Below are positions 10,848-21,302 of a stretch of DNA of 64,000 nt, in pieces. The notes beneath the pieces were generated by a model. It was given only the letters and a program-made list of their open reading frames with translations, was not told the origin of the DNA and did no database searches. The stretch lies in the NCBI GenBank assembly GCA_963804645.1, contig CAWDRG010000017.1, positions 736,001 through 800,000 on the forward strand. The letters are read 5' to 3'. A program made the translations under genes and the position numbers. Source of the DNA: an uncultured Bacillota bacterium. Its GTDB lineage: Bacteria > Sysuimicrobiota > Sysuimicrobiia > Sysuimicrobiales > Segetimicrobiaceae. Each line of letters opens with the position of its first letter. The stretch's first letter is position 1.

Positions 10848-11834
10848 CTACACCCCTCCCCGCCACACGATCAAGGCGCCGGTGACGGCCAGGTTCAGCA
10901 CGCCGAGCGGGATCAGCACTTTCCAACCGAAGCCCATCAGCTGATCGTAGCGCAGGCGCGGCAGCGTCGCGCGCACGAGGATGAAGAAGCAGACGACCGC
11001 AAACACCTTGATCGCAAACCAGAGAAACGGCCAGAGCCAGGGCCCCTGCCAGCCGCCGAGGAACAGGGTCGTGACGAGCGCGCCCACAGTGATGATCCCG
11101 ATGTACTCCGCGAGGTAGAACATCGCGAACTTGAAGCCGCCGTACTCGGTCTGGAACCCGGCGATCAGCTCCTGCTCCGACTCCGGCAGATCGAACGGCG
11201 CGCGGTTCGTCTCGGCAAACGAGGCGATCAGGAACAACACGAACGCGAGCGGCTGCTTCAGGATGAACCACCCGTGCGCCTGCGCGTGAACGATGTCGAC
11301 CAGGCTCAGCGAGTTCGCGACCAGGACGACCCCCAGCACCGCGAGCCCCAGCACCAGCTCGTAGGAGATGACCTGCGCGCTGCTGCGGAGTCCCCCGAGG
11401 ATCGCGTACTTGTTGTCGGACGCCCAGCCGCCGAGGATGATGCCGTACACGCCGACGCTGCTTGCGCCGAGCACGAGCAGGATCGCCACGTTCACGTCCG
11501 CGACGTACAACGTGATTTCGCGGCCGAACAGGTGGATCGGGGGGGCAATCGGGATCACGGCGTAGACGAACAGCGCCGCGACCGCGGAGATCAGGGGCGC
11601 GACCTGATAGACCAGCGGGTCGGCGCCCCCCGGCATGAAGTTCTCTTTAAAGATGAGCTTGATCCCGTCGGCGAGCGGCTGCATGAGGCCGAACGGGCCG
11701 ACCCGGTCCGGGCCGATGCGGAGCTGAAACTTCGCCAAGAGGCGCCGCTCCAGCAGCGTCACGTAGGCGAACGCGGTCAAGACGCCGACGAGGATGACGG
11801 CGCTCCGGACGACGTCGATCGCGAGGCTCACCAC
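10848..11834 (-). CDS. nuoH: NADH-quinone oxidoreductase subunit H
   Basis: [42 protein letters not shown]. Confidence 0.96.
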   Translation of the reverse strand: MVSLAIDVVRSAVILVGVLTAFAYVTLLERRLLAKFQLRIGPDRVGPFGLMQPLADGIKLIFKENFMPGGADPLVYQVAPLISAVAALFVYAVIPIAPPIHLFGREITLYVADVNVAILLVLGASSVGVYGIILGGWASDNKYAILGGLRSSAQVISYELVLGLAVLGVVLVANSLSLVDIVHAQAHGWFILKQPLAFVLFLIASFAETNRAPFDLPESEQELIAGFQTEYGGFKFAMFYLAEYIGIITVGALVTTLFLGGWQGPWLWPFLWFAIKVFAVVCFFILVRATLPRLRYDQLMGFGWKVLIPLGVLNLAVTGALIVWRGGV

Positions 11835-11853
11835 CGGCCCCGCTCCCTCCCGT

Positions 11854-14319
11854 TCACGCCGCGCCTCCGACCGGACGCACGGTGACCTCGACCGGCCCGC
11901 GCTCGTCCAGCAGGCTGGAGACCGGCGCGCTCTCGTAGCCGCGCGGCACGTACGCGTGCCCGGGGTGGAGCGTCGGGAGCACGCGCGCCGGAAGCCGCAG
12001 CGCCCCGCGTGCGGAGCGCACGTCGCACACCATCGCGTCCGCCACGCCGAGCCGGGCCGCGTCGTCGGGATGCAGCCCGACGAACGGCTCCCCCGCCTGG
12101 CCGCGGATCCCCGGACAGCGCAGCGCCATCGTGCCCCGGTCGAAGAGCCGCGTGCCGACCACGAGCGCGAGGCCGCCGTTCCGCACCGGCGCCGGCGGTT
12201 CGCCCGCGGCCGACGGCGCGGCCGCGGCGGAACGCGGCGGGGTGAGGCACGCGTCCTCCGCCCACCCGGGGATCAAACGCGCGATCTCCGAGCCGACGTC
12301 GTCCGGCGACGCGAACGCGAGCACATCGCCGAGGCGCGCCGCGAGCGCGGAGAAGATCTGGCCGTCCGATCGCGCGGTGCCGGGGCCCTGGACGGCGGCG
12401 TCCTGCCGCTGGATCCGGCCCTCGATGTTCCCCACGGTCCCGCTATGCTCGGCGTAGGTCAGGACCGGCAGCACGACGTCCGCCTCCCGGGCGGTGCGCG
12501 TCAGAAACAGGTCGTGCACGACGAGCAGCCCCAACCGGGCCCGCGCCTCCGCCCACGCCCGCGCGTCCGGATAATCCAGCGCCGGGTCCGCGCCCACAAC
12601 GTAGAGCACGCGCAGCGCGCCCGCTCGCGCGGCCTCCAGCATGCCCCGCGCCGTCCGGCCCGGCGCCGGCGGGATCGGCCGGCCCCAGACCGCCTCGACC
12701 GCCGCGCGCGCCTGCGCATCCGCGATCGGGCGGTACCCCGGCAGCATGTCCGGCAGCAGGCCGAGCGCCTGCGCGCCGCCGCTGTTGCCGCGTCCAGCGA
12801 GCAGCCCCGACTGCAGCGCGGGCAGCGAGGACCGCATCGCGTCGAGCGCCGCGAGCACGTCGGCGGCGCCGGGACGCTCAAGCGCCCCGCGTCCGATCAA
12901 CACGAGCGGCCGAGCCGCCCCCGCGAGCGCCTGCTGCGCCGCGCGCAGGAGGTCCGCGGGCACGCCGGTCGCCGCGGCCGCATCTTCCGCGGTCAGGCGG
13001 CCAGCGAGCGCGTCGAGCAGCGCGCGTTCGGTCCCGGCCCGGTGGGTCAGCGAGTGGGTCGCCCACCGCGCGATCTCCAGCTGCCACGGGTTGGCGATGA
13101 TGAGGCGCGCCCCCCGATCGACGGCCTTCTTCACGCGCAGCCAGATGATCGGGTACTCTTCGGTCAGGTCGCAGCCGACGACGACGATCGCGTCCGCGCG
13201 CTCGACGTCCGCGATCGAACCCGGCAGCCCCCAGGGCGCGTCCGCGGTCGGCAGCGGGTGGGCGGTATCCGACCGGAAGTCGATGGAGTTCGTCCCCACC
13301 AGGCCGCGGAAGAACCTGAGCAGCAGGTAGTTGTCCTCGTTGGTCGAGCGCGTGCCGCCGAGCACGCCGACCGCGTCCCCCGGCGTGTCTCGAAGGGACC
13401 CGGCGATCCGGTCGAGCGCCTCGTCCCACGTCGCTTCCACCAACTGTCCGTCGCGGCGCACGAGCGGGGTGCGGAGGCGCTCCGGGCTGACCACGAAGTC
13501 GTACCCGAAGAACCCCTTGTCGCACAGCCAGACGTCGTTCGTCTCCGGATGCTCGCGCGACCGCGTCCGCGTCAGGTCGTTGCCGCGGACGTTGAGGGTC
13601 GTGGCGCAACCGCACCCGCAGTGCGGGCAGATGCTCTTGACGGCCGTGTTGTCCCACGGCCGAGAGCGGAAGCGGTAGGTCGCGCTCGTCAGCGCGCCGA
13701 CGGGGCAGATCTCCATCGTGTTGCCGATGAACTTACTCTGCACCGGGGCCATCCCCGGCGTAGCGATCTGATCGTGGAAGCCGCGCTCGAACCCCTGGAG
13801 CGCGTCGTCGCCGGCGATCAGCTCCCCGAAGCGGACGCAGCGCCAGCACAGGATGCACCGCTCGCGGTCCAGCACCAGCACCGAGCTCATCCGGATGTGC
13901 TTCCGGAACGTCCGCTTGACCTCGACGAACCGGCTCTCGCCCGGCCCGAACTTGAGCGTGTTGTCCTGCAGCGGGCACTCGCCGCCCTTGTCGCAGATCG
14001 GGCAGTCGAGCGGGTGATTCGCCAGCAGCAGCTCGAGAATCGACCGCTGGCCCGCCCGGGCCTTCTCCGACGTCGTGTGGACGACCATCCCGTCCGCGGC
14101 GTCGAAGCTGCACGACGCGGCCAGCTTCGGGGCCTTCTCGATCTCGACGAGGCACACCCGGCACGCCCCGAGCGGCGCCATCCGGTCGTGGTAGCAGAAC
14201 GTCGGAATCTCGATGCCCGCCTGATGCGCCGCCGTGTAAATCGTCGTCCCCTTGGGCACGACGACCTCGCGGCCGTCGATCGTGAGGCGGATCATCGGGA
14301 TCGCCGGGGCGCTGCTCAT
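11854..14319 (-). CDS. nuoG: NADH-quinone oxidoreductase subunit G
   Basis: IPTFCYH..GACRVC, NHPLDCPICDKGGEC, CILCWRC, CPHCGCGC. Confidence 0.95.
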   Translation of the reverse strand: MSSAPAIPMIRLTIDGREVVVPKGTTIYTAAHQAGIEIPTFCYHDRMAPLGACRVCLVEIEKAPKLAASCSFDAADGMVVHTTSEKARAGQRSILELLLANHPLDCPICDKGGECPLQDNTLKFGPGESRFVEVKRTFRKHIRMSSVLVLDRERCILCWRCVRFGELIAGDDALQGFERGFHDQIATPGMAPVQSKFIGNTMEICPVGALTSATYRFRSRPWDNTAVKSICPHCGCGCATTLNVRGNDLTRTRSREHPETNDVWLCDKGFFGYDFVVSPERLRTPLVRRDGQLVEATWDEALDRIAGSLRDTPGDAVGVLGGTRSTNEDNYLLLRFFRGLVGTNSIDFRSDTAHPLPTADAPWGLPGSIADVERADAIVVVGCDLTEEYPIIWLRVKKAVDRGARLIIANPWQLEIARWATHSLTHRAGTERALLDALAGRLTAEDAAAATGVPADLLRAAQQALAGAARPLVLIGRGALERPGAADVLAALDAMRSSLPALQSGLLAGRGNSGGAQALGLLPDMLPGYRPIADAQARAAVEAVWGRPIPPAPGRTARGMLEAARAGALRVLYVVGADPALDYPDARAWAEARARLGLLVVHDLFLTRTAREADVVLPVLTYAEHSGTVGNIEGRIQRQDAAVQGPGTARSDGQIFSALAARLGDVLAFASPDDVGSEIARLIPGWAEDACLTPPRSAAAAPSAAGEPPAPVRNGGLALVVGTRLFDRGTMALRCPGIRGQAGEPFVGLHPDDAARLGVADAMVCDVRSARGALRLPARVLPTLHPGHAYVPRGYESAPVSSLLDERGPVEVTVRPVGGAA

Positions 14320-14341
14320 CGGTACGACTCCTTCGGGGCCG

Positions 14342-15628
14342 TCACGCCGATCCCCCGGCGGCGGCGACCGGCGCGGGGGTCACCCCGCAGCTGCCCGTCT
14401 TGATGTGGTAGACGTATTCGTCGCGGAAGTACCGGAGCGACGCGCGCAGCGCCGGCGGGATGCTCTCGCCGAGCGCGCACAGGCAGAGCCCCGTGATGTT
14501 CTGCGCGACGCTGTCCATCAGGTCGAGGTCCTCCATCCGCCCGTGCCCGTCGAGGATCCGGTCGAGGACCTGGGACAGCCAGACCGAGCCCTCGCGGCAC
14601 GGCGTGCACTTGCCGCACGATTCGTCCCGGTAGAACTCGATCGTCCGCCGGATCACCGCGGGAATGCACGTGGTGTCGTCCATGACGATGATCGCGCTCG
14701 ACCCGAGCATCGACCCGATCTTCGCGAGCGAGTCGAAGTCCGCCGGCGTGTCCAGGTACTCGGCGGTCAGGATCGCCGCGGACGATCCGCCCGGAAACAC
14801 CGCCTTGAACGTCCGCCCCGGCCGGAGACCGCCGGCGTGCTCGAAGATGATCTGGCGCAGCGGGGTGCCGATCGGCAGCTCCTTGACGCCCGGCCGCATC
14901 ACGTGCCCCGAGACGGAATACAGCACGGGCGGCCCGTACGCCTTGTAGCCGTCCGGGCCGAGCGCCACGATGTGCGGGATGTGGGCCATCGTCTCGGCGT
15001 TGTTGAGCACCGTCGGCCGGTCGTACAGACCCCGTACCGCGGGGTAGTAGGGCGGCTTCACCCGGGGCTCGCCGCGGCGGCCCTCGAGGCTCTCGAGGAG
15101 CGCCGTCTCCTCGCCGCACTCGTACGACCCGGCGCCGCGGTGCAGGACGACGTCCAGATCGAACCCGGTCCCGAAGATGTTCTTGCCGAAGAACCCCCGC
15201 GCGTAGGCGCCCTCGAGCGCGCGGCTCAGGCGCGCGCCCCCGAGGAACATCTCCCCGCGCACGTAGATGAACGCCTTGTGCACCCCGTTCGCGTACGCGG
15301 AGATCAAGACGCCCTCGAGGATCTGGTGCGGATCGCCTTCGATCAGCGTGCGGTCCTTGAACGTCCCGGGCTCACCTTCGTCGGCGTTGACGACCAGGTA
15401 CCGCGTATCGCCCTCGCGCTTCGGGGTCAGCTTCCACTTCCGGCCCGTCGGGAATCCGGCGCCGCCCCGCCCTCGGAGCCCGGACGCCTCGACCATCGCG
15501 ACCAGCTCGTCCGGCGTCAATTCCTTGAGCGCCCGCTCGGCGGCCCGGTACCCGCCGGTCGACACGTACACGTCGACCGAGTCGCGGTCCGGCTCCCCGA
15601 CGTACTTCATCAGCAGCAGCCCGGGCAT
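14342..15628 (-). CDS. nuoF: NADH-quinone oxidoreductase subunit F
   Basis: GLRGRGGAGFPTG, NADEGEPGTFKD, GEETALL, ESCGKCTPCREG. Confidence 0.96.
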   Translation of the reverse strand: MPGLLLMKYVGEPDRDSVDVYVSTGGYRAAERALKELTPDELVAMVEASGLRGRGGAGFPTGRKWKLTPKREGDTRYLVVNADEGEPGTFKDRTLIEGDPHQILEGVLISAYANGVHKAFIYVRGEMFLGGARLSRALEGAYARGFFGKNIFGTGFDLDVVLHRGAGSYECGEETALLESLEGRRGEPRVKPPYYPAVRGLYDRPTVLNNAETMAHIPHIVALGPDGYKAYGPPVLYSVSGHVMRPGVKELPIGTPLRQIIFEHAGGLRPGRTFKAVFPGGSSAAILTAEYLDTPADFDSLAKIGSMLGSSAIIVMDDTTCIPAVIRRTIEFYRDESCGKCTPCREGSVWLSQVLDRILDGHGRMEDLDLMDSVAQNITGLCLCALGESIPPALRASLRYFRDEYVYHIKTGSCGVTPAPVAAAGGSA

Positions 15629-16101
15629 CAGGACAGCCCCCGCAGCAGCTCGTCAAGCGCGGTGGTCGTCACCCGCGGGCGGCGGTCCTCATCGACCAGC
15701 AGGACCGGGGCCTCCTCGCACGCGCCTAGGCACTCGACGGCCTCGACGAGCACGCGCCCATCGGGCGTGGTCTCGCCCGGGCGCACGTTCAGGCGCGCAC
15801 ACACGTGGTGCAGGACCTCCTCCGCCCCGTTCAGGTAGCAGGACAGGTTCGTGCAGACCCGGATCTTGTGGCGGCCGACGGGCTCGGTGAAGAACATCGT
15901 GTAGTAGCTGGCGACCGACGCCACCTCGGGCAGCGTGAGGCCGAGGGCGTCGGCCACGTCCTCCATCGCGTCCGGAGGAAGGTAGCCGACCTGGTCCTGC
16001 GCGAGGTGCAGCGCCGGCAGCAGCGCCGATTGCGCGCGCGGGTACAGCGCCCGGGCCCGGGCGATTCGCTCGAGCGTCGACGGACTGAGCACGCGCGCCA
16101 C
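15628..16101 (-). CDS. nuoE: NADH-quinone oxidoreductase subunit E
   Basis: VCTNLSC and ECLGAC [2Fe-2S] motifs. Confidence 0.95.
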   Translation of the reverse strand: MARVLSPSTLERIARARALYPRAQSALLPALHLAQDQVGYLPPDAMEDVADALGLTLPEVASVASYYTMFFTEPVGRHKIRVCTNLSCYLNGAEEVLHHVCARLNVRPGETTPDGRVLVEAVECLGACEEAPVLLVDEDRRPRVTTTALDELLRGLS

Positions 16102-17273
16102 TAGCGGTCCACGTCCCCGAGCACGATGTCGATGCTGGCGATCGCCACGACGACGTCGGCGAGCGGCCGGTCCTTCAGCATCACCGGCAGCGTCTGGAGA
16201 TTGTAGAACGAGGGCGCGCGGACGTGCACGCGCACCGGCTTGTTGCTGCCGTCGCTCACGATGAAATACCCTTTTTCGCCCCGCGGGGACTCGGTCGCCA
16301 CGTAGCTCTCCCCGGCCGGCGGGTGCATCCCTTCGCTCACGAGCTTGAACTGGTGAATCACCGCCTCCATGCTGCGCGCGAGCTCGGCGCGCGGCGGGAG
16401 CGCGATCTTGCGGTCGTTCGTGATCCAGGGTCCGTCCGGGAGGCGGTCGAGCGCCTGCTGCGCGATCCGCCGGGCTTGGCGCATCTCTTCGATCCGCACC
16501 CGGTAGCGCGCGTACGCGTCGCCGCCGGTCTCCACCGCGACGTCGAACTCGAACTCCTCGTACCCGCCGTACGGCGCGAGCTTCCGGAAATCATGCACCA
16601 CCCCGGAGCCCCGCAGGACCGGCCCGGTGGCCCCGAGCGCGATCGCGTCCTCGCGCGAGAGGGGCGCCACGCCCTCGAGGCGCTCCCGCCAGATCAGGTT
16701 GTCCTTCAACAGCCGCTCGTACTCGTCGAACCGGCCCGCGAGATAGTCGAGGTAGTCGCGCGCCGCGGGGATGAACTCCTCCGGGACGTCCTCGGCGACC
16801 CCGCCGGCCCGGAAATAGCCCGGCATCATGCGCTGGCCGCTGACCATTTCGGAGAGGTCCAAGAACCGCTCCCGGTCCTGGATGCAGTACAGAAACAGGC
16901 TGCTGACGTTCAGGTCCATGCCGCCCGCGCCCAGGTAGATCAGGTGGCTCGCGATTCGGGCCATCTCGCACATCAGGACGCGGATGTACTTCGCGCGGCG
17001 CGGCGGCTCGATGCCGAGCAGGCGCTCGAGCGATTGGAAGTACGCCATCTCCTCGTTGTAGTTGGCGAGGTACTCGATCCGGTCGACCAACGTGACGTTC
17101 TGGTGGTAGGTGCGGGTCTCCATTTCCTTCTCGATCCCGGTGTGGAGATAGCCCATCACCGGCGTGCACCCGCGGACGATCTCCCCTTCGAGCTCGAGGA
17201 CGAGCCGCAGCACCCCGTGGGTGCTCGGGTGCTGCGGCCCCATGTTGATCGTCAGCGTTTCGGTCGTCGGCAT
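16101..17273 (-). CDS. nuoD: NADH-quinone oxidoreductase subunit D
   Basis: NMGPQHPSTHGVLR, GYLHTGIEK, ESPRGE, DIVLGDVDR. Confidence 0.96.
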   Translation of the reverse strand: MPTTETLTINMGPQHPSTHGVLRLVLELEGEIVRGCTPVMGYLHTGIEKEMETRTYHQNVTLVDRIEYLANYNEEMAYFQSLERLLGIEPPRRAKYIRVLMCEMARIASHLIYLGAGGMDLNVSSLFLYCIQDRERFLDLSEMVSGQRMMPGYFRAGGVAEDVPEEFIPAARDYLDYLAGRFDEYERLLKDNLIWRERLEGVAPLSREDAIALGATGPVLRGSGVVHDFRKLAPYGGYEEFEFDVAVETGGDAYARYRVRIEEMRQARRIAQQALDRLPDGPWITNDRKIALPPRAELARSMEAVIHQFKLVSEGMHPPAGESYVATESPRGEKGYFIVSDGSNKPVRVHVRAPSFYNLQTLPVMLKDRPLADVVVAIASIDIVLGDVDR

Positions 17274-17278
17274 CCGGG

Positions 17279-17839
17279 TCACCCGCGCACGGGGGGCGTC
17301 TCGCCGCCGGAGCCGGACGGGCTGTGCGGCGGAAAGTACGGGATGATCTCGCTCGGCACTTTGGGCGTGTGCCCCTTGAACTCGACCGGCTCCTCGAACA
17401 GCGCGAAATCGCGCCGCAGCGGATGGCCTTCCCAATCGTCCGGCATCAAAATGCGCCGGAGATCCGGGTGGCCCTCGAAGCGGACCCCGTACATATCGAA
17501 GACCTCGCGCTCCGGAAACCCCGCCCCCGGGTAGATCCCGGTCGCGGTGGGCAGGGTCGGCGGCTCCCCCTCGGCGAGCGCTTTGACGGTCAGCCGGTCG
17601 GCGGTCCCGGCGCGGCCGAGCAGATACAGCACCTCGAAGCGCGGCTCGACGGGCAGCCGATCCCACGCCGTGACGTCCACGCACATGTCGAGCCCGAGCG
17701 CCTCGCGCGCGGCGCGCAGGACGTCGAGCAGCACGTCCACCGGTACCAGCACGGTCGCGCGTCCGCGGTCGTCCCGCGGAGTGAGACGGTCCCAGGGCAC
17801 ATGGGGGCGCAGCCGCTCGAGGATCGACGTTTCGCTCAT
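17279..17839 (-). CDS. nuoC: NADH-quinone oxidoreductase subunit C
   Basis: EREVFDMYGVRFEGHPDLRRILMPDDWEGHPLRRDF. Confidence 0.95.
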   Translation of the reverse strand: MSETSILERLRPHVPWDRLTPRDDRGRATVLVPVDVLLDVLRAAREALGLDMCVDVTAWDRLPVEPRFEVLYLLGRAGTADRLTVKALAEGEPPTLPTATGIYPGAGFPEREVFDMYGVRFEGHPDLRRILMPDDWEGHPLRRDFALFEEPVEFKGHTPKVPSEIIPYFPPHSPSGSGGETPPVRG

Positions 17840-17852
17840 CGGATCGGCCGGC

Positions 17853-18344
17853 TCAGGTCGCGCGCGCGGCGGGAGTCCCCTCTTGGATCTTCTGCTGGAG
17901 CATGCGCAGGCCGTGCAGCAGCGCCTCGGGGCGCGGCGGGCAGCCGGCCACGTAGACGTCGACCGGCACGATCTTGTCGACGCCCTGCACGATGGCGTAG
18001 TTGTTGTAGAGGCCGCCCGTGCTGGCGCAGTCGCCCATCGCGATGACCCATTTCGGCTCCAGCATCTGATCGTAGATGTGCCGGAGCACCGGCGCCATCT
18101 TCTGGCTCACGCGCCCGGAGACGATCAGCAGATCGGACTGCCGCGGCGAGGCGCGGAACAGCTCCGATCCGAAGCGCGAGATATCGAACCGCGGCGCGGC
18201 CGCGCACATCATCTCGATCGCGCAGCAGGCGAGCCCGAACTGCGCCGGCCACACCGAGTTCCCGCGCGCCCACGCGACCAGCTTGTCGATCGTCGTCGTC
18301 AGGACGTTGCGCTCGAGATCGCGTTCGGAGGTGCTCACTCCCAT
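17853..18344 (-). CDS. nuoB: NADH-quinone oxidoreductase subunit B
   Basis: [32 protein letters not shown]. Confidence 0.96.
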   Translation of the reverse strand: MGVSTSERDLERNVLTTTIDKLVAWARGNSVWPAQFGLACCAIEMMCAAAPRFDISRFGSELFRASPRQSDLLIVSGRVSQKMAPVLRHIYDQMLEPKWVIAMGDCASTGGLYNNYAIVQGVDKIVPVDVYVAGCPPRPEALLHGLRMLQQKIQEGTPAARAT

Positions 18345-18688
18345 TGCAGCGCTCCCCGCTTGAGGACGTAGAGATAGCCGAGAACGAGGATCGCAAGGAA
18401 CGCGAACATTTCCCCGAGCCCGAGCCGCCCGAGTTCCCGCAGCAGCACCGCCCACGGGTACACGAACACGATCTCGACGTCGAACAGGATGAACAGCATG
18501 GCGATCAGGTAGTAGCGAACGGGCACCCGGTCCCGCGCGCTGCCGGTCGGCCAGACGCCCGACTCGTAGGGCAGCTCCTTCTGGAGCGTCGGACGCCGCA
18601 CCCCGACGAGGAAATGCAGGCCCAGCACCGCGCCAGCGATCAGAACGGCGACGACCAGGTGCACGAGCACGGGGACGTATGCCGACAT
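18335..18688 (-). CDS. nuoA: NADH-quinone oxidoreductase subunit A
   Basis: [27 protein letters not shown]. Confidence 0.95.
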   Translation of the reverse strand: MSAYVPVLVHLVVAVLIAGAVLGLHFLVGVRRPTLQKELPYESGVWPTGSARDRVPVRYYLIAMLFILFDVEIVFVYPWAVLLRELGRLGLGEMFAFLAILVLGYLYVLKRGALQWE

Positions 18689-18767
18689 CGCAACCTCTTC
18701 CGACGGCGCCAAACTCGCGGGCGCCGGACACCCCTCAACGCGTCAAATCAATGAAACCAGAAGGGCC

Positions 18768-19922
18768 TCACGGTGTCAACGACGGCGCGCCCTGGCGCAC
18801 CGACGCCACGACGCGCCGCAGCGCCCCGATCGCGTAGTCGACGTCCGCCTCGGTCGTGTGCCGCCCGAGCGTCAACCGCACGCCACCCGCGGCGAGCTCC
18901 GGGGGCAACCCAAGCGCGAGCAGCACGTGCGAGGGGTCGAGGCTGCCCGCGCTGCACGCCGATCCCGAACTGCCGGCGACCCCCTGCAGATCCAGTCCGA
19001 TCACGAGCGACTGGCCGTCCGTCCCCTCGAAGGACACATTGACGTTGTTCGGCAGCCGAGGCTCCCGGGCGCCGTTGAGCCTCGCCCCGGGGATCGCGAG
19101 CGCCCCCTCGATCAACCGGTCGCGGAGCGCCGAGACGCGGACCACTTCCTCCGCCATCTCGTCCGCCGCGATCCCGAACGCCGCTCCCAACCCCACGATC
19201 CCGGGCACGTTCTCCGTGCCCCCACGGCGGCCCCGCTCGTGGTCCCCGCCGTGCTGGACGCGTGCGAGCGGCGTGCCGGCGCGCACGTACAGCGCGCCGA
19301 CGCCCTTCGGCCCGTACCGCTTGTGGCCCGACAGCGACAGCAGGTCCACGCCCAACTCCCCCACCGACATCGGGAGCGCGCCCGCCATCTGCGTCGCATC
19401 GCTGTGAAACGGGATGCCCCGTTCCCGGGTCAGCCGGCCGATCTCCGCGATCGGCTGCAGCGTGCCCACCTCGTTGTTCGCGGCCATGATCGACACCAGC
19501 GCCGTGTCCGCCCGCAGCGCCTGCCGCACATCGTCCGGATCAATCAAGCCTCCGCCGTCCACCGGCACGTAGGTCACGGTCCACCCGCGGCCCTCGAGAA
19601 ACCGGCACGCCTCCAGCACCGCGTGGTGTTCGATGCCCGAGGTCACCAGATGGCGGCCCCGCGCCTCCTGCGCCAGCGCGACCCCGATCACCGCGAGATT
19701 ATCGGCCTCCGTGGCCCCACTCGTGAACACGATCTCGCCCGGGCGGGCCCCGATGACCGCGGCCACGCGGACCCGCGCCTGATCGACCGCCGCCCGCGCG
19801 TCCTGGCCGAACGCGTGGAGACTGCTGGCGTTCCCCGGCACCGCCGTAAAGAACGGCAGCATCGCCTCGAGCACCCGGGGCTCGACCGGCGTGGTTGCGG
19901 CGTGGTCCAAATACACGCGCAT
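18768..19922 (-). CDS. iscS: Cysteine desulfurase (IscS/NifS group I)
   Basis: VYLDHAATTP, NNEVGTLQP, SGHKRYGPKG, SSGSACS. Confidence 0.93.
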   Translation of the reverse strand: MRVYLDHAATTPVEPRVLEAMLPFFTAVPGNASSLHAFGQDARAAVDQARVRVAAVIGARPGEIVFTSGATEADNLAVIGVALAQEARGRHLVTSGIEHHAVLEACRFLEGRGWTVTYVPVDGGGLIDPDDVRQALRADTALVSIMAANNEVGTLQPIAEIGRLTRERGIPFHSDATQMAGALPMSVGELGVDLLSLSGHKRYGPKGVGALYVRAGTPLARVQHGGDHERGRRGGTENVPGIVGLGAAFGIAADEMAEEVVRVSALRDRLIEGALAIPGARLNGAREPRLPNNVNVSFEGTDGQSLVIGLDLQGVAGSSGSACSAGSLDPSHVLLALGLPPELAAGGVRLTLGRHTTEADVDYAIGALRRVVASVRQGAPSLTP

Positions 19923-19930
19923 TCCGGACC

Positions 19931-20275
19931 CTACACCCGTCCCTTTCGCTTGGCGCTGCGCGGAAGCGATACCGCCACGACCCGGCGATACCGGGGAAGC
20001 GGCTTCGGCCGCTCGACGATCCGTTTGGCGTGGACTTCCGCCCCCGCCCGATCCCGTAACAGGAGCCGCTTGACCTCGGCCAGGGGGAGCCGCCGCGTGC
20101 GAACCAGATGGGCGGCGCGCTGCAGGGCGTCGACGTCGGCCCACGAGTACGCGGCACCCGAGCGCCGGCCTGGCGGGATCCCGAGCGCCTCCCACCGTGC
20201 CAGGGTCCGGCGGGACAGACCCGTCAGGCCCGCCACCACGGGCGCCTGCAGAACGCGGGACTCCAGATCCTGCAT
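19931..20275 (-). CDS. MerR-type HTH DNA-binding protein
   Basis: VAGLTGLSRRTLARWEALG...YSWADV MerR-like HTH; GGAGG RBS upstream. Confidence 0.7.
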   Translation of the reverse strand: MQDLESRVLQAPVVAGLTGLSRRTLARWEALGIPPGRRSGAAYSWADVDALQRAAHLVRTRRLPLAEVKRLLLRDRAGAEVHAKRIVERPKPLPRYRRVVAVSLPRSAKRKGRV

Positions 20276-20611
20276 CGAGGACCTCCCAAATCGGTGTTCT
20301 GGGGAGAATGGACTGCTAGTATATCAACCGTTAATGGGTGCGGACAGGGGTGTTGGCCGAGATTTGGAAAAAATGTGGCACGCGGCGGGAGACCCGCACG
20401 ACGGTTCGATGGTCGGCCGCGTGCCTGCGCCGTCCGGGGAGGGTGCGTCAGCCGGGGATCGCTCCGGTAGCCCGCCGCGGGCGGACGGACGGCGCCGGAT
20501 CACGGCAGGAAGACCCGCATAAAGCTCCGAACTGGCCTCCCCGAGCCGGTACGCCACGGTGCGGCGAGGTCGAATGCGCGGCGATCGCATCCGCGAACGC
20601 GGGGAGGCACC

Positions 20612-20758
20612 ATGACCGACACCGATACGGACGCCGCCCGCACCACCCAAACGTTGCGGCGCCTCGACGCGGAGACCGACGCCGTCGAGTCCGCGCAGCC
20701 ACGCGTGGCGCACGCCGGCGGGCGTCCGCCGGTCAGGGCACCGAGACCGCCGGTCTAA
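20612..20758 (+). CDS. Putative 48-aa small protein
   Basis: GGGGAGG RBS 4 nt before ATG; MTDTDTDAARTTQTLRRLDAETDAVESAQPRVAHAGGRPPVRAPRPPV; stop 22 nt before the next gene. Confidence 0.4.
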   Translation: MTDTDTDAARTTQTLRRLDAETDAVESAQPRVAHAGGRPPVRAPRPPV

Positions 20759-20780
20759 TCCGTCAAGAGCATCCCCGACG

Positions 20781-21158
20781 ATGGCCGACGAGGCGCTCTC
20801 GCTCGAGGACGTGCAGCGGATTCTGACCGACCTTTACGCGGCACTCCGCGATCCCGCATCCCAACGCCTGCACTCGTCGCGGATCGACGACCTCGCAACG
20901 GAGATCCAGGCGAAACTGTCGGAGCTGCAGGCGCTCGTGGTCTCGCTGCGGGACCTCGAGCGCCGCGATCCCCTCGACAACGATCCCGCCGCGATCGCCC
21001 AGCGGTACCGGCACACCATGATGATCAGTGAGGTCGAGCGCTACTGCGAGACGGAACTGAAGGCAAAGACCGACTCGCTGCAGAATGACCTGCTGCCGAT
21101 GCCCGACGCCGAGGCGCTCGCAAAGAAGATCCAGGAGATCCTCCGGGGCGACGAGTGA
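20781..21158 (+). CDS. Hypothetical helical protein
   Basis: Protein-like composition with host-like codon usage; no recognised motif. Confidence 0.7.
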   Translation: MADEALSLEDVQRILTDLYAALRDPASQRLHSSRIDDLATEIQAKLSELQALVVSLRDLERRDPLDNDPAAIAQRYRHTMMISEVERYCETELKAKTDSLQNDLLPMPDAEALAKKIQEILRGDE

Positions 21159-21302
21159 GGCCGCGCGGGTACACATCGAGCACGACCGGCGCGGCGCCGC
21201 GTGGGGAGTTGCCGCGCCGCTAAGGACGGGCACCGCGCGAGGCAGAGGACGGATGGAACCGCAGGGGTCGGACCGACGCCGGCATGATGCGTCCGGGAAA
21301 GG

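Noticed and set aside
185..18754. Long plus-strand ORFs opposite ggt, fix and nuo genes (e.g. 5102..7780, 11794..14403)
   Set aside because: Antisense shadow ORFs typical of high-GC DNA; Arg/Pro-rich with no motifs.
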